Below, one piece after another: positions 60,021 through 64,000 of a stretch of DNA of 64,000 bases. Within the stretch, counting starts at the first letter, position 1. The number at the start of each line of letters is the position of its first letter. The stretch is taken from assembly GCA_029246085.1 (NCBI GenBank), contig JAQWOB010000003.1:7608-71607 (forward strand). Direction: 5' to 3'. This DNA comes from Gammaproteobacteria bacterium (GTDB lineage Bacteria; Pseudomonadota; Gammaproteobacteria; GCA-002705445; GCA-002716945). The notes below the pieces were generated by a model. The model searched no databases. It was not told where the DNA came from and saw only the letters and a list, made by a program, of their open reading frames with translations. The translations under genes were made by a program, and so were the position numbers.

Positions 60021-60052
60021 TATATATAAAAAGAAAATCCTTTTTATATATA
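60021..60052. repeat. perfect 13-bp inverted repeat
   Basis: TATATATAAAAAG-aaaatc-CTTTTTATATATA, spanning the predicted sigma-54 start site. Confidence 0.7.
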
Positions 60053-60125
60053 TGATGGTTAAAACTAGGTCAAACTCCTCAAAGTTATCTCTCCCCGAGG
60101 ATCTGGTTTTAGCTTCATCCTTAAC
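60027..60125 (+). ncRNA. candidate sigma-54-dependent small RNA
   Basis: No plus-strand gene follows the promoter. Long hairpin 60054-60119 whose three G-U pairs form only on the plus strand; CU-rich loop (CUCCUC, CUCUCCCC). Confidence 0.5.
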
Positions 60126-60180
60126 TAGTAAGAATTAATTATAATTAAACAAAGTACTTATGTTTAGATGATTTAAAAAT

Positions 60181-60954
60181 TTATGGATTCATAGAAGTTA
60201 TTTTTTTATGAATACCTGTCCATAAATCATATCGGATCTCTATGCTCTTAATTGCCGCATCCAAAGCTTGATTGTATTTTAAATCATTATTTTCATATGA
60301 CTTTTCAAACAGTATTAATGATAATGGCCCATGCCTATTTGAATCTATATCAATATGTCTTTTTAAATAAAGTTTCAGGGAATCATATTTTGAAGACAGG
60401 CCAATTTTTGCTAATAGTTGCTCAAACATTCCAGGAAGAGTTGTTTCTCTACCATATGTGAATAATGCAGATATAATATGGAGCTCATTTGTATTCAGTA
60501 ATTTGTTATTTTCATTTAAAAAATTAAAACATTCAGGCTCTAGATCGTATTTATCAAAGCCCTTTAGTTTATTTCTTGAAGTATCATTTATTATAGACTC
60601 AATTATATCTGTTTTTGCATTAATATTTTTCATGCTAGATAGATATAAATCAAAATGTGACATAAAAATGCCATCTGAAATTTCATCTGATTCTTCAGCC
60701 ATAACTATTTCATTTATTAATCTTGTTATTCCATTTTTAGAAAAACTATTTGGATACCAAGGTGTTGATGATGGACAAATTATACTCTGTAATTTTTTTA
60801 CAATGCACATAAAATCCCAGACCGCAAAGACATGAAACTCCATGAATATCTTTAAATGATCTTCTGTAAATACATAACTCTTAGAGAGTAATGGATGATT
60901 ATTCAACGTATCTATTTTTTTTTTGAGTATAAGTTCCTTCTTCATTATTTTCAC
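60181..60954 (-). CDS. DUF3050 family protein (heme-oxygenase-like diiron fold)
   Basis: FME.HVFAVWDFM...K.LQ, R.INEIV..EESD, SHFDLYL..M, F.YGRE...P.MF, YL.RHI..D...HGP. Confidence 0.88.
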   Translation of the reverse strand: MKIMKKELILKKKIDTLNNHPLLSKSYVFTEDHLKIFMEFHVFAVWDFMCIVKKLQSIICPSSTPWYPNSFSKNGITRLINEIVMAEESDEISDGIFMSHFDLYLSSMKNINAKTDIIESIINDTSRNKLKGFDKYDLEPECFNFLNENNKLLNTNELHIISALFTYGRETTLPGMFEQLLAKIGLSSKYDSLKLYLKRHIDIDSNRHGPLSLILFEKSYENNDLKYNQALDAAIKSIEIRYDLWTGIHKKITSMNP

Positions 60955-61025
60955 ATCATTCCTTTGAGTTAGATTATTACTAGATGTTAAATATATTATA
61001 TTATTTAGTATTTTTAAATATCAGT

Positions 61026-61060
61026 CACTGGCAAGAAAATACTTAATCTTCTTGCCAGTG
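61026..61060 (-). terminator. hairpin/terminator after the TonB-dependent receptor
   Basis: CACTGGCAAGAA...TTCTTGCCAGTG 12-bp perfect repeat, extending to 15 bp with a G-U pair on the minus strand; 10 nt after the stop; weak U tract. Confidence 0.65.
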
Positions 61061-61070
61061 GCCTTATATG

Positions 61071-63032
61071 TTAGAAGTTATATCTCATGGATACATCAAT
61101 CCCATAATTTGCTCCTTGAACGGGAACATGATCTTTGATCAGAGATGAATGGTTTCTAATAGTTTTATTTAGAATATTATTCCCATAAAGATTGAATACT
61201 AAATCTTTATTAGAATCATAAGTAATCTTTTTAGAATATCCTATATCTAAATCAAGGTGTGAATTTGTCTTAGTCTCAATAGAAGACATATCACCTTGAG
61301 ATTCTGTATATATAAGATTTGCGTAATAAGTATCACTTTTATTATTTTCATACTTTAGAGATAAAGTATTTTTAGCAGGGCTTAATCGAGGTATATATGT
61401 ATTATCATCAAATACACCCGAAATATCGTCTCTACTCAATGTTACTAATAGGTCACCATTTCCTATCATGTATGAGCTAGACATTGATATTTCATAGCCT
61501 TGCATAACTGCACTTTTTTGACTCCAAGTTGCATCAGTCTTGCCACTAGTAGTCGTAGACTCATCTTTCAAGTAAATAAAATTATTAATATTATTTCGAT
61601 ATAAGTTCAAGTTCATATCTATATCATTAAAATTATATTCTAAATTTAATTCAATATTTCTTGATACTTCTCTTGAAATTCTATTATTCCCACGTTCATA
61701 TCTTGAAGTAGCTCCATGCACGCCGTTTGCAAACAGTTCAGCTACAGATGGACTTCTAGATATATGGGCATAATTCATATTATACATGAATGATTCTCCA
61801 AGATTAGCAGCAAAACTTGTACCAAAGCTCAAGGATGTATCTCCATATCTTTGGTTATCACTATCTCTGGAATTAGATTCATATCTACCAGCAAAATCTA
61901 TTTCATATGGTCTATTTTTAGTCCTTATGAAATAAGATATTGATCTTTCATATGCCTCTGATGATGGCAGATAAGCGCCTGTCATCGGAGATTTAGTATG
62001 ACCATACTGAAGGAGAAATCTTTTTTCATATAACTCATCATCTAAATTAAAATTGAAATCAAATGATGTTCTATTGCTGTCTAAAGATGCAGATCCATCC
62101 TCTTCATGCTCTTTTAAAAAAGAGTTTGAATTTCTAAAAGAATAGTCAATAGAATTAAAAAGTGGAACTGTATTAAATTTACCTTTTAAAGTATATGTTT
62201 CAGTTTCAGTTTTTGTAAATAACCTATGTTCTTCCTCTTCTTCATGATGCCCCTCTTCTTCTTCTTCAGCATGATATGGAAGACCATAAACGCCATCCGT
62301 ATTCTCAAAAGAGAAGCCAAAGTATCCCCACTCTCTTGGAAAAGATAGACCAAAACTAGTGTTTTGATTTTTATGGTCTGAGTTAGCAAGTGTGCTTAGC
62401 TCTAACCCTGTATCCTCGCTCAAAAGAGAGCCATTGGGTATATTATAGTTATCCATATGTTTGTTATTAATAGAAAAGAATATATTTGCATTTAAGTAGT
62501 TTTTCTTAAATAAAAAATTATGTCCATATCCATTATTAACTGTTGTGTAATCAAGCTTTATGACTTCATTGTCATATTTATTTTCGCTTATGATGTCTGT
62601 GATGACATTAATAATGCCGCCACTAGTTCCACCACGATTAAATATTGACGAAGGTCCTCTTAATATTTCTATATGTGAAATATTATTCAAATCAATATTA
62701 TTTATATGATCCCCGCTCAAATTACTGAGATCATTTATAGGTATATTATTTGAAAGCAATCTTGTTCGATTGCCAGTTAAACCTCTTATTACAGGCTGCC
62801 CAACAGCTGCACCATAATCTGCATTTGATAATCCGGATAATCCTTTGAGGTTATCCCCGATACTTCTGTTAACATTTATCTCTTCATTTTGCATGATATG
62901 CAGCGGATATTTACTCTCACTAATTGAGTTAGTAAATTCAGATGATGTAACACTGATATCACTCAGTTCTTCAGCTGATACTACATTAATGCATACAAAT
63001 AATAGAGAAACTATGAAAATGTTTTTAAACAT
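61071..63032 (-). CDS. TonB-dependent outer membrane receptor, ZnuD-like (metal uptake)
   Basis: Signal peptide; plug motifs GQPVIRGL.G.R, D.S..S.DH, IEILRGP; R.PS..ELFANG.H.AT..YE.GN; His/Glu-rich loop; C-terminal Phe. Confidence 0.9.
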   Translation of the reverse strand: MFKNIFIVSLLFVCINVVSAEELSDISVTSSEFTNSISESKYPLHIMQNEEINVNRSIGDNLKGLSGLSNADYGAAVGQPVIRGLTGNRTRLLSNNIPINDLSNLSGDHINNIDLNNISHIEILRGPSSIFNRGGTSGGIINVITDIISENKYDNEVIKLDYTTVNNGYGHNFLFKKNYLNANIFFSINNKHMDNYNIPNGSLLSEDTGLELSTLANSDHKNQNTSFGLSFPREWGYFGFSFENTDGVYGLPYHAEEEEEGHHEEEEEHRLFTKTETETYTLKGKFNTVPLFNSIDYSFRNSNSFLKEHEEDGSASLDSNRTSFDFNFNLDDELYEKRFLLQYGHTKSPMTGAYLPSSEAYERSISYFIRTKNRPYEIDFAGRYESNSRDSDNQRYGDTSLSFGTSFAANLGESFMYNMNYAHISRSPSVAELFANGVHGATSRYERGNNRISREVSRNIELNLEYNFNDIDMNLNLYRNNINNFIYLKDESTTTSGKTDATWSQKSAVMQGYEISMSSSYMIGNGDLLVTLSRDDISGVFDDNTYIPRLSPAKNTLSLKYENNKSDTYYANLIYTESQGDMSSIETKTNSHLDLDIGYSKKITYDSNKDLVFNLYGNNILNKTIRNHSSLIKDHVPVQGANYGIDVSMRYNF

Positions 63033-63038
63033 TTGTGT

Positions 63039-63083
63039 CTCCTTTATAAATTAATTTAAATTAAATTGAATTCTATAAAAGAG
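63039..63083 (-). promoter_or_regulatory. SD-sequestering mRNA hairpin between RAPP leader and receptor
   Basis: CUCUUUUAUAGA (63083-63072; Pro-Leu-Leu-stop codons) pairs over 12 bp with UUUAUAAAGGAG (63050-63039, containing the SD AAGGAG). Confidence 0.7.
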
Positions 63084-63360
63084 GCGGTGCCCTAGAACTA
63101 AATGGAGATTTTTGATTGTTACTTATTAAAAAAGGTTGTAAGTATGATGCAATGAGCAAAATACCAAGAATTTGTAAAATTAAATTTGAGCCTATGATAG
63201 GAAGAGCAGAATTGGAGCTCAAATGACATGTTATACACTGATGACTCTCTTCATTCTCATGCTCATCAAAATGTAAGTGAAACTCACTTATCATCTGTGA
63301 TGAAATAAACAAAGCTAAGACAATTTTAACAATTAATTTTACAGATTTATTTTTTGTCAT
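63073..63360 (-). CDS. DUF2946/CruR/CutF-like leader peptide with His-rich CxxC and C-terminal RAPP motif
   Basis: N-terminal hydrophobic segment, HLHFDEHENEESHQCITCH, ends SSRAPPLL; 40 nt upstream of the receptor. Confidence 0.8.
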   Translation of the reverse strand: MTKNKSVKLIVKIVLALFISSQMISEFHLHFDEHENEESHQCITCHLSSNSALPIIGSNLILQILGILLIASYLQPFLISNNQKSPFSSRAPPLL

Positions 63361-63378
63361 ATATTTGTCTATTTAAAA

Positions 63379-63452
63379 TGGGCCCGGGAGGACTCGAACC
63401 TCCGACCAATGGATTATGAGTCCACTGCTCTAACCAACTGAGCTACAGGCCC
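63379..63452 (-). tRNA. tRNA-Ile2 (CAU anticodon, lysidine-modified); CCA not encoded
   Basis: GGGCCTGTAGCTCAGTTGGTTAGAGCAGTGGACT-CAT-AATCCATTGGTCGGAGGTTCGAGTCCTCCCGGGCCCA. The acceptor stem and position downstream of rpoD fit ileX rather than tRNA-Met. Confidence 0.9.
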
Positions 63453-63454
63453 GA

Positions 63455-63925
63455 TTATTTATTAAAAAAACTCAATTTCTTTTTTTTTAAATACTTTTGA
63501 TGATATTCTTCAGCTATCCAAAAATTACCATTGAGCTCAATTGTGGTAACTATCTTATTGTTAAACTTGTTCCTATTCAATTCTTTTATTTTATTTTCGC
63601 TAGAAAGCACTTCGAAATCATTTTGACAAAATATTGCTGATCTATATTGTGTCCCAAAATCTGGTCCTTGGCTGTTTAGTGTCGTAGGATCATGTATTTC
63701 AAAAAATAAGTCCAAGAGTTGATCATAAGTAATTATTTCTTTATTATAAAATACTCTAACTGCTTCAGCATGAAATGTATCTCCTTGGCATATGTCTTTA
63801 TATGTTGGATTATTGGTTTTCCCACCAATATAGCCAACCTCTGTTCCAATGACACCTTCCGCAGAACTAAATTTATCTTCAATACCCCAAAAACAACCAG
63901 CTGCCAATATTGCTACATCACTCAT
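63455..63925 (-). CDS. msrA: peptide methionine sulfoxide reductase A
   Basis: AAGCFWG, NPTY..IC, HAEAV, HDPT, D.GTQYRS, AEEYHQKY. Confidence 0.96.
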   Translation of the reverse strand: MSDVAILAAGCFWGIEDKFSSAEGVIGTEVGYIGGKTNNPTYKDICQGDTFHAEAVRVFYNKEIITYDQLLDLFFEIHDPTTLNSQGPDFGTQYRSAIFCQNDFEVLSSENKIKELNRNKFNNKIVTTIELNGNFWIAEEYHQKYLKKKKLSFFNK

Positions 63926-64000
63926 TATCTAGGAAACTTTTTAGATTGTGGGCCCTAGACGGATGTCTAAGTTTTCTTAATGCTTTTGCTTCAATTTGTC
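63918..64000 (-). CDS. rpoD: RNA polymerase sigma factor RpoD, 3' end (partial)
   Basis: Manual translation QIEAKALRKLRHPSRAHNLKSFLDNE*, the region 4.2 tail of sigma-70. Confidence 0.92.
   Translation of the reverse strand, partial: QIEAKALRKLRHPSRAHNLKSFLDNE

Noticed and set aside
60054-60119. Hairpin as SRP RNA, 6S RNA, CsrB/RsmY-like RNA or a riboswitch
   Set aside because: It lacks the SRP domain IV motif, is too short for 6S, has no repeated GGA loops and shows no aptamer consensus I recognise.
59805-60180. CRISPR array or att duplicate of the tRNA 3' end in the large intergenic gap
   Set aside because: No regularly spaced direct repeats, no cas genes, and no copy of the tRNA 3' sequence seen.
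60017-61005. Zur-box-like AT-rich stretches (TGTTATATATAA at 60018; ATGTTAAATATATTATAT at about 60984)
   Set aside because: Poor fit to the TGTTATA-N-TATAACA palindrome and expected by chance at this AT content.
63379-63452. tRNA with CAT anticodon as tRNA-Met
   Set aside because: It has a paired G1-C72 (not initiator), and its sequence and rpoD-linked position match Ile2.
192-63958. Many 60-143 aa ORFs in the track antisense to or nested in identified genes (e.g. 6927-7301, 9930-10304, 15175-15606, 60458-60835)
   Set aside because: They overlap well-supported genes, have no motifs, and show the Ser/Ile/Leu/Phe-rich composition expected of shadow frames.

Overview
This window is the replication-origin region of an AT-rich, tightly packed, streamlined bacterial chromosome; gene content and order point to a gammaproteobacterium. 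It runs mnmG-mnmE-yidC-yidD-rnpA-rpmH <> dnaA-(oriC)-dnaN-recF-gyrB, with two parS sites inside recF. About 60 housekeeping genes follow (heme, Arg, Lys, His, biotin, ubiquinone, CoA, Ccm, Trk, Tat), and the window ends at tRNA-Ile2, msrA and the rpoD 3' end. I see no mobile elements, CRISPR array or rRNA. The most interesting part is 59.8-63.4 kb. First, a His/CxxC/RAPP leader peptide has final codons that base-pair with the Shine-Dalgarno of a downstream ZnuD-like TonB-dependent receptor, a candidate metal-sensing ribosome-stalling switch; a DUF3050 diiron-type gene follows. Second, the only large intergenic gap holds a sigma-54 promoter with no protein gene downstream and two divergent candidate small RNAs, each with CU-rich anti-Shine-Dalgarno loops. 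Also notable are an orphan Fae-like protein lacking the catalytic His, an orphan Rap1a-like periplasmic protein, and several competence-linked genes missing from their usual loci. All calls come from reading motifs by eye; no database searches were run.
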